Shown here one piece after another: positions 1-11,212 of a DNA stretch of 64,000 nt. Numbering within the stretch: the first letter of the stretch is position 1; every line of letters begins with the position of its first letter. Source of the stretch: an uncultured Verrucomicrobiota bacterium (GTDB lineage: Bacteria > Verrucomicrobiota > Kiritimatiellia > JAAZAB01); assembly GCA_964475405.1 (NCBI GenBank), contig CAYYWX010000007.1, forward strand, positions 17,280-81,279, given 5' to 3'. The notes beneath the pieces were generated by a model. That model worked only from the letters and a program-made list of their open reading frames with translations. It was not told the DNA's origin and did not search any database. A program made the translations under genes and the position numbers.

Positions 1-967
1 TGACAGTTCGGACTGGTTTGCCGAATACACGCAGGTCATTGTGGACAAGTTGTCCGACCGGGTCACGCGCTGGATGACGCAGAACGAGCCGCAATGTTTC
101 ATCGGTCTCGGGCACCAGGAGGGCGAACATGCGCCGGGCCTTAAGCTCGGCTTCGCCGATGTCCTCCTGGCCGCGCACAATTCGCTCCTCGCGCACGGCA
201 AGGCCGTCCATGTGATCCGCGCCCGGACCAAACGCAAGGCGCTGATCGGCGCCGCGCCGGTCGGCATCATCAAAATGCCCTGCTCCGGTAATCCGGAAGA
301 TGTTGCCGCCGCGCGGGCGGCCACGTTTTCCGTCACCGCCAAAAACTGCTGGAACAACACCTGGTTTGCCGATCCGGTCGTTTTGGGAAATTATCCCGCT
401 GACGGCCTCAAACTTTTCGAAAAGGAGATGCCCGTTATCAGGGAAGGCGACATGGCGACGATCCGCCAGCCGATTGATTTTTACGGGGTCAATATTTACT
501 TCGGTCAGTACGTCCGCTCCTCTGGCGACGGCGCAGCCGCCATCGCGCCATTACCCCGCGGGCCGGCCCTGACGACCATGGAATGGCCGGTCACGCCGGA
601 CGCGTTATACTGGGGGCCGCGTTTCCTTTACGAGCGCTACAAGCTTCCCGTCGTGGTAACCGAAAACGGCATGGCGAATTGCGACTGGATCCATACCGAC
701 GGCAAGGTCCACGACCCGCAGAGGATTGACTTTGTCGGCCGTTACCTCTCCGAATACCGGCGCGCCATTGCCGACGGCGTCCGGGCGGAAGGTTACTTCC
801 TGTGGTCCATCATGGATAATTTAGAGTGGGCTTATGGTTACAAGCAGCGCTTCGGGATTATTCATGTTGATTACGCCACCGGCACGCGGACATTGAAAGA
901 CTCCGCACGCTGGTACAAGAAGGTGATTGAAACCAACGGCGGCATTCTTCCGGTTTTGCACGATTGA
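1..967 (+). CDS. GH1 family beta-glucosidase, 5'-truncated at the window edge
   Basis: The frame is open from nt 1. The translation carries the GH1 nucleophile region VVVTENGMA and typical GH1 C-terminal blocks (YFLWSIMDNLEW, GYKQRFGIIHVDY). Confidence 0.85.
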   Translation, partial: DSSDWFAEYTQVIVDKLSDRVTRWMTQNEPQCFIGLGHQEGEHAPGLKLGFADVLLAAHNSLLAHGKAVHVIRARTKRKALIGAAPVGIIKMPCSGNPEDVAAARAATFSVTAKNCWNNTWFADPVVLGNYPADGLKLFEKEMPVIREGDMATIRQPIDFYGVNIYFGQYVRSSGDGAAAIAPLPRGPALTTMEWPVTPDALYWGPRFLYERYKLPVVVTENGMANCDWIHTDGKVHDPQRIDFVGRYLSEYRRAIADGVRAEGYFLWSIMDNLEWAYGYKQRFGIIHVDYATGTRTLKDSARWYKKVIETNGGILPVLHD

Positions 968-994
968 TCGGCGGAATAAGCGAGGAGAAAAAAC

Positions 995-2485
995 ATGCAA
1001 GGCAGGATAATTTTTTTGCTGGCGGTGGTGCTGCCTGTCGTGCTGCTTATGGATACCGGGTGCGTGTCTCTCGCACCGCAAAATAAGGCAACGGTCCCGG
1101 AACCTTGCCGTATCGCCACGGCGCGGCAACTTCAGGAGATGAAGAAGGATCTGTCCGGCCATTATGTCCTGGTAAACGATATAGACGCATCCGAGACCGC
1201 GACCTGGGATAATGGCAAGGGGTTCAGCCCAATCGGCGACTCAGAACATCCGTTCACGGGAACATTTGATGGGCAGGGCCACGCGATCAACGGCCTGAAA
1301 ATAGACCGGTTTGGCCAAATCACTAGAAATATCGCCCTGTTCGGATTCACGGGGGAGAAGGCCCTGATCAAAAACGTCTTCGTGCGGAATGCATCCGTAA
1401 AGGGCTGCGATTATGTCGGCATACTGGTTGGCATGAACCAGGGCGCAATCAGTCATTGCCATGTATCCGGTAAGGTTTCCGGCAGCGGCTCATTCGGCGG
1501 TCTTGTGGGCTGTAACGCCAAGGGGCGCATATCTCATTGTTCCGCCGCGGCGGATGTGGGAACGGTCTGGGTCGGCAATCATCTCGGCGGTCTTGTGGGC
1601 TCCAATAGCGGAGGCATAATCTCCGATTGCTTCGCGACCGGAGCAGTGCTTGGCCAGGAAAATCCAGGCGGTTTGGTGGGTATAAATAACGAAGGCGTCA
1701 TTCTGAGGTGTTATGCTTCCGGAAGCGTGAAAAGTTCCTTTGGCGGCGTGTCAGACTCTTACCGGCGCGGCGTCGGCGGCCTGGTTGGCGCGAATCAAGG
1801 CGGAGGAAATATCAACGATTGCTTCGCCACGGGAAACGTGACCGGTTCCGGCCGGCTGCCGGTGGGAGGCCTGCTTGGCATCAATATTGACAAAGCCAGC
1901 GTCAAAAATTCATATTGCCTCTTGATCCGGGGTGATCAACTGCCCGGGGTGGGAAAGGTCTATCCGGATGCCGGGCCCGTGGAATGCGAACCCGTGGCTG
2001 AGATCAACGCCGCGTTTTTCCAACACCGAAAGGGCCCGCTGGATAGCTGGGATTTCAAGCGGACGTGGAGCCTGGACGAGAAAGGGTCCGCCACAACCTT
2101 GCCCCGGTTCAAGTCCGCCTGCGATTTGAGCCAAACAACGGGAATATCGAGGAATGAAGACGGGAATTTCACGAGCGCTGCGCGGGGTGAACCGCCGGCA
2201 AGGGGAACAGTTGTCATGGTGGAAATCCGGGATGGCTCACGTTTGGAAGGAAAGACCGGAATAGAAAACCTGGCCGTTGCGACCGCTTATGGCAAGATCA
2301 AGATCCCGCTGCCCAGTGTTCGAACCGTGGAATTCATGGATGACCACGAAACCGTTAAGGTTGCGATGAGCAACGGCGACCTGATCAGCGGCGTGCTTGA
2401 CCTGGGACGGTTGAGTTTTAATACGGCCTGGGGCACTCTCAATATCGGCGTTGAACACATTGCCAGGATTACGGTCAGGCGCTAG
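995..2485 (+). CDS. GLUG-motif repeat lipoprotein (secreted)
   Basis: There is a signal peptide with a lipobox (LLMDTGC). The GGLVG motif recurs about 8 times, each followed by N/S-rich spacers; this is the GLUG motif. Confidence 0.55.
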   Translation: MQGRIIFLLAVVLPVVLLMDTGCVSLAPQNKATVPEPCRIATARQLQEMKKDLSGHYVLVNDIDASETATWDNGKGFSPIGDSEHPFTGTFDGQGHAINGLKIDRFGQITRNIALFGFTGEKALIKNVFVRNASVKGCDYVGILVGMNQGAISHCHVSGKVSGSGSFGGLVGCNAKGRISHCSAAADVGTVWVGNHLGGLVGSNSGGIISDCFATGAVLGQENPGGLVGINNEGVILRCYASGSVKSSFGGVSDSYRRGVGGLVGANQGGGNINDCFATGNVTGSGRLPVGGLLGINIDKASVKNSYCLLIRGDQLPGVGKVYPDAGPVECEPVAEINAAFFQHRKGPLDSWDFKRTWSLDEKGSATTLPRFKSACDLSQTTGISRNEDGNFTSAARGEPPARGTVVMVEIRDGSRLEGKTGIENLAVATAYGKIKIPLPSVRTVEFMDDHETVKVAMSNGDLISGVLDLGRLSFNTAWGTLNIGVEHIARITVRR

Positions 2486-2595
2486 CTTGTCCAAGTCGCA
2501 ATTTTCAACCGGGCGCGGTTAAAAAACAATGCATTTTCATCCGGCCGGATGTTGACTTGTTTTTGTCAAAACGGCAGACTCCCCTCAACTGAACC

Positions 2596-4308
2596 ATGGC
2601 GAATAATCAAATCAACAAGTGGGCGCTTCCGTTGGCGGTGGCCGTGCTTCTGGCGGCCTGGCTCATCATCCTGTTTTACCGCGGTTTCAACGATCCCGAT
2701 GAGGGCCGTTACTCCGAGATACCGCGCGAAATGGTCTCCGGCGGCAATTGGATGGAAATGCGCATGATGGGCTTACGCTATTATGAAAAGCCGCCCCTGG
2801 CCTATTGGCTGGTCGCCCCGGCCATCAAGGTTTTTGGCGCGCACGATTGGGCCGTCCGCATCCCGCTTTTTTTTTCGGGCTTGCTGGGCTTGGCGCTTTT
2901 ATGGTCAATCGCGGTAAAAAAAATGGGGCGCGCGCACGGGGCCGCCGCGGTCTTGGTCATGGTTTCAATGATCGGTTTCATGGCCGGGAACGGGTTGCTT
3001 TTGACGGATTCGTTTTTGCTTTTTTTCTTTGCCGCCACGTGTGTTTTTCTCTACCTGGCCTTTGACCCGCAGGCTTCTCCTTCCCGGCGGTTATCTTTCA
3101 TGCTCCTCGGCGCGGTGGCCGCTGTCCTGGGATTTTTAACCAAGGGCGCGGTGGCGATCGTCTTGCCGGCGGCCATCATTTTTATCTGGGTATTGTGGGA
3201 AAGGAGGCCGAAAGCGCTGTTCGGATTCCCGGTTTTCCTCACTATTATTTGCCTTGCGGCGCTGCTCCTGCCGGTCATGTGGCTCATCGAGGAACATAAC
3301 CCGGGTTTTGCCAGGCACTTTATTTTCGAGGAGCATATCGCCCGGTTCCAGGGAACACGGGCCACCCAGCTTCATCCCGAGCCGTTCTGGTTTTTCCTCG
3401 GGGTATTGCCGCTCCTGTGCTTGCCGTGGACTTTGTTCCTGATCCGGGCCGGGCGCAATATCTGGAAACAAAAGGTGTTCGGGCAGGATTCGTTTTCGCG
3501 TTTCCTGTTCGTCTGGGCCGCGGTTGTCATTGTTTTCTTTTCGGCCGCCACCGGCAAATTGATGTCGTACATCCTGCCCGCGATCCCGCCGCTCGGGCTG
3601 CTCATCGGGCGCTGGGGCGTCAGCGCGCCGAGGGAGGGCAGGGGAACATTGGATTATCGCCTGTGGCAGACCGGCCTGGCCGGCTTTTTTATCGTGGCCG
3701 CGGCGATTGTCATTGTTTGGATCGTGGCATATTTCCGGTTTATCCCGAAAGTGATTTATCCCATCAGCGGGGTGAGCGTGGTCGCGTTGATCCCGGTTGT
3801 CGCGGCCGTGATTTATATCTATCGGCAGAGGTCGGACATTGATTTTGGGAAAGCGCTGCTCTTTAATTCAGGGATTTTACTGTCCTGCGCTTTTCTGCTT
3901 TCCCCCCTGGCGGGCAAGGACTTCAACGTGCTCCTGCACATCAATTCCTCGTACGTCTATAAAAGCCTCGCCCGCGAGCTTAAGCCGGAGGACAAAATCG
4001 TGGTTTTCTGGTCGTATCGCCCCGCCCTGGCTTTTTATGCGCAGCGGCATTGCGTGCATTTCCAGGAGCACAACGAATTGTCATACGGCATGAAAATGGA
4101 GCCGGAGCGCCAGGCCGACTTGAATGACGCCGCCGAGCTGGCGAGATTTGTGGAAAATTGCTCCGGAAGGGTTTTCGCGCTGGTGGAACCGCAGGATTTG
4201 AAGTCAAAATTTCCCGCCTTGAAAATTAAAATTAATGAAACGGACCTTCCCCGGGATCCGGATACGATCATTTACGAGCTGCCGAGATCGGAGACCAATA
4301 AGGAATAA
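2596..4308 (+). CDS. ArnT-like lipid A 4-amino-4-deoxy-L-arabinose transferase (GT83/GT39 family, undecaprenyl-phosphate dependent)
   Basis: It is a polytopic membrane protein. The N-terminal motif DEGRYSEIPREM matches the ArnT DExRYAEIxREM signature, and YYEKPPLAYWLVAP matches the PMT_2 family block. Confidence 0.7.
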   Translation: MANNQINKWALPLAVAVLLAAWLIILFYRGFNDPDEGRYSEIPREMVSGGNWMEMRMMGLRYYEKPPLAYWLVAPAIKVFGAHDWAVRIPLFFSGLLGLALLWSIAVKKMGRAHGAAAVLVMVSMIGFMAGNGLLLTDSFLLFFFAATCVFLYLAFDPQASPSRRLSFMLLGAVAAVLGFLTKGAVAIVLPAAIIFIWVLWERRPKALFGFPVFLTIICLAALLLPVMWLIEEHNPGFARHFIFEEHIARFQGTRATQLHPEPFWFFLGVLPLLCLPWTLFLIRAGRNIWKQKVFGQDSFSRFLFVWAAVVIVFFSAATGKLMSYILPAIPPLGLLIGRWGVSAPREGRGTLDYRLWQTGLAGFFIVAAAIVIVWIVAYFRFIPKVIYPISGVSVVALIPVVAAVIYIYRQRSDIDFGKALLFNSGILLSCAFLLSPLAGKDFNVLLHINSSYVYKSLARELKPEDKIVVFWSYRPALAFYAQRHCVHFQEHNELSYGMKMEPERQADLNDAAELARFVENCSGRVFALVEPQDLKSKFPALKIKINETDLPRDPDTIIYELPRSETNKE

Positions 4309-4440
4309 TACAGTGTGATAAGATAGATAGTGCTGGATTCCCGCTTCTCGCCTGGGCGTAACCCTCTTTCCTCGGCGACGCCTGGGTTGGCGGAGCCTGG
4401 TCGCGGGAATGACATAAAAAATATTTTGTAACTGGTAAAT

Positions 4441-5178
4441 TTGCCGCAGGCTGAAATGAAAACCAAAAACTTCAAGATAATAGCGTGCAATGTGTTATGG
4501 CGGGAATTCTGCCACTACGCCGCCTTGTCAAGGAACAAGTTCGGATTCCAGTTCCTGGAATTCGGGCTGCACGGCGAGCCGGCGAAATTGCGCGAGGAAC
4601 TGCAAAAGGCGATCGATGCCACGCCCGACACGTTTGACGCGATCCTGCTTGGATATGGATTGTGCAGCAAGGGCGTGGAGGGCATAACCGCGCGGAAGAC
4701 TCGCCTGGTCATCATGCGAGGCCACGACTGTATCACCTGCTTCCTGGGTTCCAGGGCGCGCTACCTGGAATATTTCACGGCCCATCCCGGCACGTACTGG
4801 TATTCGCCCGGCTGGATTGAGAACCACGTCTCGCCCGGCAAGGACCGCTATGAAATGATATACCAGGAATACCTGCAGAAATACGGGGAGGATAACGCCA
4901 AGTACCTGATGGAGATGGAGCAGGACTGGTTCCGCAAATATTCCGTTGCCGCCTATATTGACTTGGAGGTCGGGGATAATGACGCCTATGCCGAGTACAC
5001 CCGGCAGTGCGCCGGCTGGCTCGGCTGGAAATACGACCGGATCAAGGGCGATCCCGCGCTTCTCAAGCGGTTCGTGGACGGCGACTGGAACGACGATGAA
5101 TTCCTGGTGGTGGAGCCGGGGCATCACATCGAGGCGAGCAATGATGACAGCGTTATGCGGTCAAAAACAAACGCGTGA
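4441..5178 (+). CDS. hypothetical cytoplasmic protein (possibly a DUF1638-like family)
   Basis: It is a 245-aa ORF with coding-like composition. An alternative start lies at 4456 (MKTKNF). No catalytic motif was recognised. Confidence 0.4.
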   Translation: MPQAEMKTKNFKIIACNVLWREFCHYAALSRNKFGFQFLEFGLHGEPAKLREELQKAIDATPDTFDAILLGYGLCSKGVEGITARKTRLVIMRGHDCITCFLGSRARYLEYFTAHPGTYWYSPGWIENHVSPGKDRYEMIYQEYLQKYGEDNAKYLMEMEQDWFRKYSVAAYIDLEVGDNDAYAEYTRQCAGWLGWKYDRIKGDPALLKRFVDGDWNDDEFLVVEPGHHIEASNDDSVMRSKTNA

Positions 5179-5184
5179 TGGGCT

Positions 5185-6657
5185 TCAGTTCGAGTGCTCG
5201 ATAAGATAATACCCCAGGACCTGCGACAGGGCGAACGGCGCCCAGACAATCAGGTGCGGCTGGAGCTCGGGCCGGTTGACCAGCGAGTCGGCGATGATGA
5301 TGAAGAAATAGAAGACAAAGACCAGCAGGATGCTGACCGCGATCCCGATGGACGATTCTTTGCGGTGAATCTTGATGCCGAGGGCCGCCCCGAGCAGGAC
5401 GAACGCGAAACAGGAAAATGAAAGCGTTATCCGCGTATTGGCTTCAACCAGCAGGGGCATCCGGAAGGTCGGCAGATCCGCCTGGTATAAATCAAGAAAA
5501 GCGCTTTTAACGATCTGGTCCGGGAAAACATCTTCAAGCAGCATCCGGTTGAGCCTGGTCGCGGAAGTGCCCGGCTTGAAGTTGCGCATGAAGTCAACCG
5601 TCCGGTCGGTCAGCGCGACCTTCGCAAACGCGTTGGTTGAATAAATGCTCGGGCCGGCGATAATCCGGTTGAATTCCACGGCCAGGACCCGGCCGACCTG
5701 TTTTTTCTGGGCCGGAGATCCGCTATACGATTCCACGGCCGTCGCCGCCGCGTCTGATAATTGCGCCTGGAGATAGGAGCCGATCATGTCCCGGGGGTTA
5801 TTCAACCTGGAAATTATCCGGTCGGGATCAATAAAGTCACGCGGAATAAAACGGGCCGAGAGACGCAAGGCGCTTATTATCTCGCCCATCGTCAGGTCCG
5901 CCCTTTTTTTCCAGACGACATCGCGGTTGACCAGCTCCTGCACGTCAATTGGCAGCGGATATTCCTCGGCGACCAGGTTCCGGGTCAAGGCGAGATTTTC
6001 CGGATGTTGTTCGTCAGGCTGTTCAATGCGGACGCGGAAGAGATTGACCATGATCTTGCCCGGCTCGTTGGTGGCGACCGTTATGGTGCCGGAGGCGGCG
6101 CGGATGGTCATTTTCACGCCGTTCGTGTCAACCTGGTTGATGACGATATCCTTGAGCAGGTTGTCGGTTTTTTTGCCGATATAAATGGTCAACCCGGGGA
6201 AATCGCGGATGAAGCGGCCCTCGTCCAGCAGGCTGACCGGGGTTTCAACGCCGAGTTTGCTTAAAACTTTCCGGCGGGCATAGTGGCTGTCCGGCGCCAC
6301 GTTGCAGTTGATGTATACGCACACGGCGCAGAGCGCGAGTGAAATCAGGAACGGCGGACGGATTATTTCCCAGAGGCTTATCCCGCAGGCGCGCATCGCG
6401 ATGATTTCCCGGTCGCCGGCCAGCCGGCTGAATTGCAGGAAAACCGCGGCGAGCACGCTCATCGGGATGGCGAAGATCAGCGAAAAGGGGATGCCGTAGG
6501 AAAACACCTTCAGGATTAAAATGCCCGACACGCCGCGCGAAAAAAGATCAATGACCTTGAAAATGTTGCCGATCGCCATGACAAACAGGAACACCAGCAG
6601 GGTCACCCCGAATGTCATCAGGAAGCCGCGGGCGATGTAAGCATGAAGGATGCGCAT
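5185..6657 (-). CDS. LptF/LptG family LPS export permease
   Basis: The N-terminus (ILHAYIARGFLMTFGVTLLVFLFV) is typical of the YjgP/YjgQ family, and the topology is multi-TM. Confidence 0.7.
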   Translation of the reverse strand: MRILHAYIARGFLMTFGVTLLVFLFVMAIGNIFKVIDLFSRGVSGILILKVFSYGIPFSLIFAIPMSVLAAVFLQFSRLAGDREIIAMRACGISLWEIIRPPFLISLALCAVCVYINCNVAPDSHYARRKVLSKLGVETPVSLLDEGRFIRDFPGLTIYIGKKTDNLLKDIVINQVDTNGVKMTIRAASGTITVATNEPGKIMVNLFRVRIEQPDEQHPENLALTRNLVAEEYPLPIDVQELVNRDVVWKKRADLTMGEIISALRLSARFIPRDFIDPDRIISRLNNPRDMIGSYLQAQLSDAAATAVESYSGSPAQKKQVGRVLAVEFNRIIAGPSIYSTNAFAKVALTDRTVDFMRNFKPGTSATRLNRMLLEDVFPDQIVKSAFLDLYQADLPTFRMPLLVEANTRITLSFSCFAFVLLGAALGIKIHRKESSIGIAVSILLVFVFYFFIIIADSLVNRPELQPHLIVWAPFALSQVLGYYLIEHSN

Positions 6658-6784
6658 TTGTTCTCCAGAAGCCAGTAGCCGGAAGTCAGTGGTCAGGAAA
6701 AGGAATAATTATGATTCCGGACTTCTGAATTCAGATTCCGAACCGCCGGCTTCTGGCCGCTGACTCCTGCGTTCTGTTTTGAGA

Positions 6785-8194
6785 CTAGTAGCGATAATGG
6801 TCGGTTTTGTACGGACCATTGACGCTGATGCCCAGATATTTGGCCTGTGGCGCCGTTAATTTTTCCAGCCGGACGCCGATCTTGCCCAGGTGCAGGCGCG
6901 CCACTTCCTCGTCCAGGATTTTCGGCAGCACATGCACTCCGACCGGGTGTTGGGCACGGCGGTCATAAAGCTCAATCTGCGCCAGGACCTGGTTGGTAAA
7001 GCTGTTCGACATCACGAAACTCGGATGGCCGGTCGCGCAACCCAGATTGACCAGCCGCCCCTCCGCCAGGATAACAATGCTGCGGCCGCCGGGAAAAGTC
7101 ACCCGGTCAACCTGCGGCTTGATGTTGTCCCACTTGTAGCGCCGGATGGCTTCAATTTCAATCTCCGCGTCAAAGTGGCCGACGTTGCAGACAATTGCCA
7201 TGTGTTTCATGCGGAGCATGTGTTTCCGGGTAATCACGTTGCAGCAGCCGGTGGCCGTGACAAACAAATCGCCGGCGGCCACGGCCTCGTCCATGGTCAT
7301 CACCTCGTAGCCTTCCATGGCGGCCTGCAGGGCGCAGATCGGGTCAATTTCGGTCACGATCACCCGCGCTCCCTGGCCGCGCAGCGACTGGCAGCATCCC
7401 TTGCCGACGTCGCCGTAACCGGCCACGATCGCCACTTTGCCGGCGAGCATGACGTCGGTCGCGCGCATGATCCCGTCAACCAGCGAATGACGGCAGCCGT
7501 AAAGGTTGTCAAACTTGGACTTGGTGACCGAATCGTTGACGTTGAAGGCCGGGAAAAGCAGGGTGCCCTCGCGCTGCATCTGGTAAAGACGGTGCACGCC
7601 GGTGGTCGTTTCTTCCGAGATGCCCCGGATGTCCCCGGCAATCCGGTGAAAACGGCCCGGGTCATTTTTAAGCGATTTTTTCAGCTGTTTCAGCAGCAGT
7701 TCCTCGTCCTGGCTGGTCGCGCGGCGATTGAGAATGTTTTTGTCGTTCTCGGCCTGGTAGCCCAGGTGCACGAACAGGGTGGCGTCGCCGCCGTCGTCCA
7801 GGATGGTGGTCGGGCCGGCGCCTTTTCCCCAGTCCAGCGTCCGGTCAAGGTATTCCCAGTATTCCTTCAGCGTCTCGCCCTTGTAGGCGAAGACCGGCGT
7901 GCCCTGCGCGGCGATTGCCGCCGCGGCATGGTCCTGGGTCGAGAAAATATTGCAGCTGGCCCAGCGCACGCGCGCCCCGAGGCACTGCAGGGTCTCGATC
8001 AGGACCGCGGTCTGGATCGTCATGTGGAGCGAGCCGGCGATGCGGGCGTCGCGCAGCGGCTTTGTCCGGCCGTATTTTTTGCGCAGGGCCATCAGCCCGG
8101 GCATTTCAACCTCAGCCCAGTTGATTTCGTTGCGGCCCCATTGCGCGAGCCGCAGGTCGGCGACGGCATAATCTTTGCTTTTTTTGGCTGGCAT
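6785..8194 (-). CDS. ahcY: adenosylhomocysteinase
   Basis: The N-terminus [31 protein letters not shown] and the NAD-binding motif GYGDVGKGC are present. It is 469 aa. Confidence 0.95.
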   Translation of the reverse strand: MPAKKSKDYAVADLRLAQWGRNEINWAEVEMPGLMALRKKYGRTKPLRDARIAGSLHMTIQTAVLIETLQCLGARVRWASCNIFSTQDHAAAAIAAQGTPVFAYKGETLKEYWEYLDRTLDWGKGAGPTTILDDGGDATLFVHLGYQAENDKNILNRRATSQDEELLLKQLKKSLKNDPGRFHRIAGDIRGISEETTTGVHRLYQMQREGTLLFPAFNVNDSVTKSKFDNLYGCRHSLVDGIMRATDVMLAGKVAIVAGYGDVGKGCCQSLRGQGARVIVTEIDPICALQAAMEGYEVMTMDEAVAAGDLFVTATGCCNVITRKHMLRMKHMAIVCNVGHFDAEIEIEAIRRYKWDNIKPQVDRVTFPGGRSIVILAEGRLVNLGCATGHPSFVMSNSFTNQVLAQIELYDRRAQHPVGVHVLPKILDEEVARLHLGKIGVRLEKLTAPQAKYLGISVNGPYKTDHYRY

Positions 8195-8195
8195 C

Positions 8196-9380
8196 CTATA
8201 AGGCCCTCTTCAGCGCTTCCGCCTTGTCGGTCTTTTCCCAGGTGAAAACCGACAGGTCGTTCGTGCGCCCGAAATGTCCGTAGGCCGACGTTTCGCGGTA
8301 GATCGGGCGGAGCAGGTCCAGGTGCTTGATGATTTCGGCCGGCTTGAGCCCGAACACGCGCCGCACGGCGTTTTCGATTTTGTTTTCCGGCGCCTTGCCG
8401 GTTCCGAATGTTTCCACCAAAACCGACACCGGTTCCGGGAAGCCGATCGCATACGCCAGCTGGATTTCACAGCGGCTCGCGAGGCGCGCGGCCACGATGT
8501 TCTTGGCGATATAGCGCGCCATGTAAGCCGCGCTGCGGTCAACCTTGGAAGGATCCTTGCCCGAAAAAGCCCCGCCGCCGTGCCGGCCCATTCCGCCGTA
8601 GGTGTCGGAGATGATTTTCCGCCCGGTCAGTCCGGTATCCCCCTGCGGGCCGCCGACGACGAACCGGCCGGTGGGATTGATCAGGTAGCGCGTCTTTTTT
8701 GTCAAAAACTTGGCCGGGATTTCTTTCTTGACGATTTCCTCGATGATCGCCTCGCGCAGGGTGTTGTAACGCACTTCGGGGGTATGCTGGGCCGCGACGA
8801 CCACCGTGTCCACCCGCACCGGCCGGCCGTTTTCATAGACCACCGTCACCTGTGATTTGCCGTCCGGCCGGAGGAAGGGGAGTTTGCGGTTGTGGCGCGC
8901 GCGCGCCAGGGCGCGCGTCAGGCGGTGCGCGAACATGATCGGCATGGGCATCATTTCCCGGGTTTCGTCGCAGGCATATCCGAACATCATGCCCTGGTCG
9001 CCGGCGCCCTGTTCCTTGAAAAGCCCCTGCCCGGCGGTCACTCCCTGGGAAATGTCGGGCGACTGCCGGTCGATCGAAACCAAAATGGCGCAGGAGTGCG
9101 CGTCAAGCCCCATGGCCGCGTCCACGTAGCCGATTTTTTTAATCGCCTCGCGCGCGATATCGGCGTAATTCACGACCGCCTTGCTGGTGATTTCGCCGGC
9201 AATGACGGCCATGCCCGTGGCGACGAGCGTTTCGCACGCCACCCGGCTGTGCTTGTCCTGGGCCAGGTTCGCGTCCAGCACGCTGTCCGAAATGGCGTCG
9301 GCGATTTTATCCGGGTGTCCCTCGGTGACCGATTCAGAAGTGAAAACAAAAGAATTCCTCATGGTAATATTTCCTCTCAA
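8196..9380 (-). CDS. metK: S-adenosylmethionine synthetase
   Basis: [25 protein letters not shown] and the [19 protein letters not shown] motif are present. Confidence 0.95.
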   Translation of the reverse strand: MRGNITMRNSFVFTSESVTEGHPDKIADAISDSVLDANLAQDKHSRVACETLVATGMAVIAGEITSKAVVNYADIAREAIKKIGYVDAAMGLDAHSCAILVSIDRQSPDISQGVTAGQGLFKEQGAGDQGMMFGYACDETREMMPMPIMFAHRLTRALARARHNRKLPFLRPDGKSQVTVVYENGRPVRVDTVVVAAQHTPEVRYNTLREAIIEEIVKKEIPAKFLTKKTRYLINPTGRFVVGGPQGDTGLTGRKIISDTYGGMGRHGGGAFSGKDPSKVDRSAAYMARYIAKNIVAARLASRCEIQLAYAIGFPEPVSVLVETFGTGKAPENKIENAVRRVFGLKPAEIIKHLDLLRPIYRETSAYGHFGRTNDLSVFTWEKTDKAEALKRAL

Positions 9381-9425
9381 CTATTTTTTTTCTGATATTT
9401 AACGGCAACGGCAACAATTGCACAA

Positions 9426-11207
9426 TTAGCGGACCAGTTCAAGGATTTCCGGAGCGACTTTTTTGGTCAGGTTGCGGAAGGTGTCCTCGAGGTTGGCGTC
9501 GCCCTGGGGGCGCAGGGCCAGCTCGGCGATTTCCCTGCATTCCGTGTAGCTTACCGAACGAATGGCGTCCTTGACAATCAGGAGCGAGGAAGGGTTCACG
9601 CTCAATTCGTCAACGCCCAGCCCGAGGAGCAGGGGAACAAGCAAAGGATCGCTTGCCATGCCGCCGCAAACCCCGGTCCAGATGCCGTAATGATGGCCGA
9701 CGTCTATGGTCTGCTTTATCAGGCGGATGATGGCCAGGTGCGTCGGCTCATAGAGGTAGGCCACGCGTTCGTTGCCGCGGTCAATCGCCAGGGTGTATTG
9801 GATCAAGTCGTTCGTGCCGAGGCTGAAAAAGCGCACGTGCGGCGCGAGGGCGTCGGACGCCACGGCCGCAGAGGGCACTTCAATCATCGCGCCGACCTCA
9901 ATGTGGGGATTCAGCGGCTGGCCGCGGTCCATGAGCTCTTTCTTGGTCTGTTCAAAAATCACGTTGGCCCGGACCAGCTCGTCCAGGTTGCTGATCATCG
10001 GGTACATTATCTTTATGTTGCCGTAGACCGAGGCCCGCAGGATGGCGCGCAGCTGGGTCCGGAACAAATCCGGCTGGGCGAGGCAGAAACGGATTGCGCG
10101 CCATCCCATGAAGGGATTGGATTCCTTCCATGATTTGTCCATGTCCGGGAGGAATTTATCGCCGCCGATGTCCAGGGTGCGGATGATGACCGGGGCGGGC
10201 GCAAGCCGCTTGGCGACATCGCGGTAGGCTTCGTACTGCTCGTCTTCCGTCGGCATCTTGTTCTGTTCCATGTAAAAATATTCCGTCCGGAAAAGTCCGA
10301 CCCCCTCGGCGCCGTTGCTTAAGACGGCGTCCACGTCCTTCGGGCCCTCGATATTGGCGGAAAGCATTATGCGGTAGCCGTCGCGCGTTTCCGCCGGCAG
10401 TTCCTTGAGCTTGGCCAGGCGGCTGACTATCCCGCGCCGGAGCTCATTCTGGCGGATCGCCTCGGCGCACCTTTCCTTGGAGGGGTGAATGACGACCAGC
10501 CCCTTGCTGCCGTCAATGAGAATGGCGTCGCCGTTCTTTGTCGCCCGGCTGATGTTGTGCAGGCCGACCACGGCCGGAATGCCGCGCTTGGCGGCGAGGA
10601 TCGCGGTGTGGGCGGTCGGGCTGCCAAGGTCCAGGGCGATGCCTTCAACCAGGTCCTGGTTAAGCGAGACAATTTCGGAAGGCGTCAGGTCAACGGCCAC
10701 GACGATCGTGCCCTTTTCGCGGATATCGGCCAGCGACTCCTCGTGCCCGGAAAGGTTGAGCAGGATGCGCCGCGTGACGTCATGCACGTCGGCCGCGCGT
10801 TCGCGCACGTAGTTGTCGTTGACCTTGTTCAGGTTCTGGATGAAGCCGCTGGCGACAAAGTGCAGGACTGATTCCACGTTTTTCAGCTGGCTTTCTATGC
10901 CCGTGAATACTTTTTCAATGAACGGCCGGTCATCCAGGATAAGCAGGTGGGCGTCAAAAATGCTGGCCACGGCCGGGTCGCATTGCTTTTGAAAATCCTT
11001 GATCTGGCGGCGGGTGGCGATCAGCGCCGATTCAAAGCGGGCAATTTCGCGCGAAACGTCTTCCCGGGCAATCGTGCGCTCAACGGGGTTGTCGTCATGG
11101 CTGGCTTTCAGGAAAACACGCCCCTGTACGATTCCCGATGAAACCCCGATCCCCTTCAGGATGATTTCTTCTTCAGGGGCGCTTGGTTTGACGGCGGGTT
11201 GTATCAT
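9426..11207 (-). CDS. ptsI: phosphoenolpyruvate-protein phosphotransferase (PTS Enzyme I)
   Basis: It shows the 593-aa Enzyme I architecture: GIGVSSGIVQGRVF, GSPTAHTAILAAKRGIPAVVG, and a PEP-utilising C-terminal TIM barrel. Confidence 0.9.
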   Translation of the reverse strand: MIQPAVKPSAPEEEIILKGIGVSSGIVQGRVFLKASHDDNPVERTIAREDVSREIARFESALIATRRQIKDFQKQCDPAVASIFDAHLLILDDRPFIEKVFTGIESQLKNVESVLHFVASGFIQNLNKVNDNYVRERAADVHDVTRRILLNLSGHEESLADIREKGTIVVAVDLTPSEIVSLNQDLVEGIALDLGSPTAHTAILAAKRGIPAVVGLHNISRATKNGDAILIDGSKGLVVIHPSKERCAEAIRQNELRRGIVSRLAKLKELPAETRDGYRIMLSANIEGPKDVDAVLSNGAEGVGLFRTEYFYMEQNKMPTEDEQYEAYRDVAKRLAPAPVIIRTLDIGGDKFLPDMDKSWKESNPFMGWRAIRFCLAQPDLFRTQLRAILRASVYGNIKIMYPMISNLDELVRANVIFEQTKKELMDRGQPLNPHIEVGAMIEVPSAAVASDALAPHVRFFSLGTNDLIQYTLAIDRGNERVAYLYEPTHLAIIRLIKQTIDVGHHYGIWTGVCGGMASDPLLVPLLLGLGVDELSVNPSSLLIVKDAIRSVSYTECREIAELALRPQGDANLEDTFRNLTKKVAPEILELVR

Positions 11208-11212
11208 CGGCT

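Noticed and set aside
4309-4440. Possible riboswitch or leader in the gap before the 245-aa hypothetical gene
   Set aside because: No recognisable conserved riboswitch core was seen. Only weak, partial complementarity is present.
6890-8245. 451-aa plus-strand ORF antisense to ahcY
   Set aside because: It is a shadow ORF typical of high-GC DNA, with Arg/Ala/Gly-rich composition and no motifs. ahcY on the opposite strand is unambiguous.
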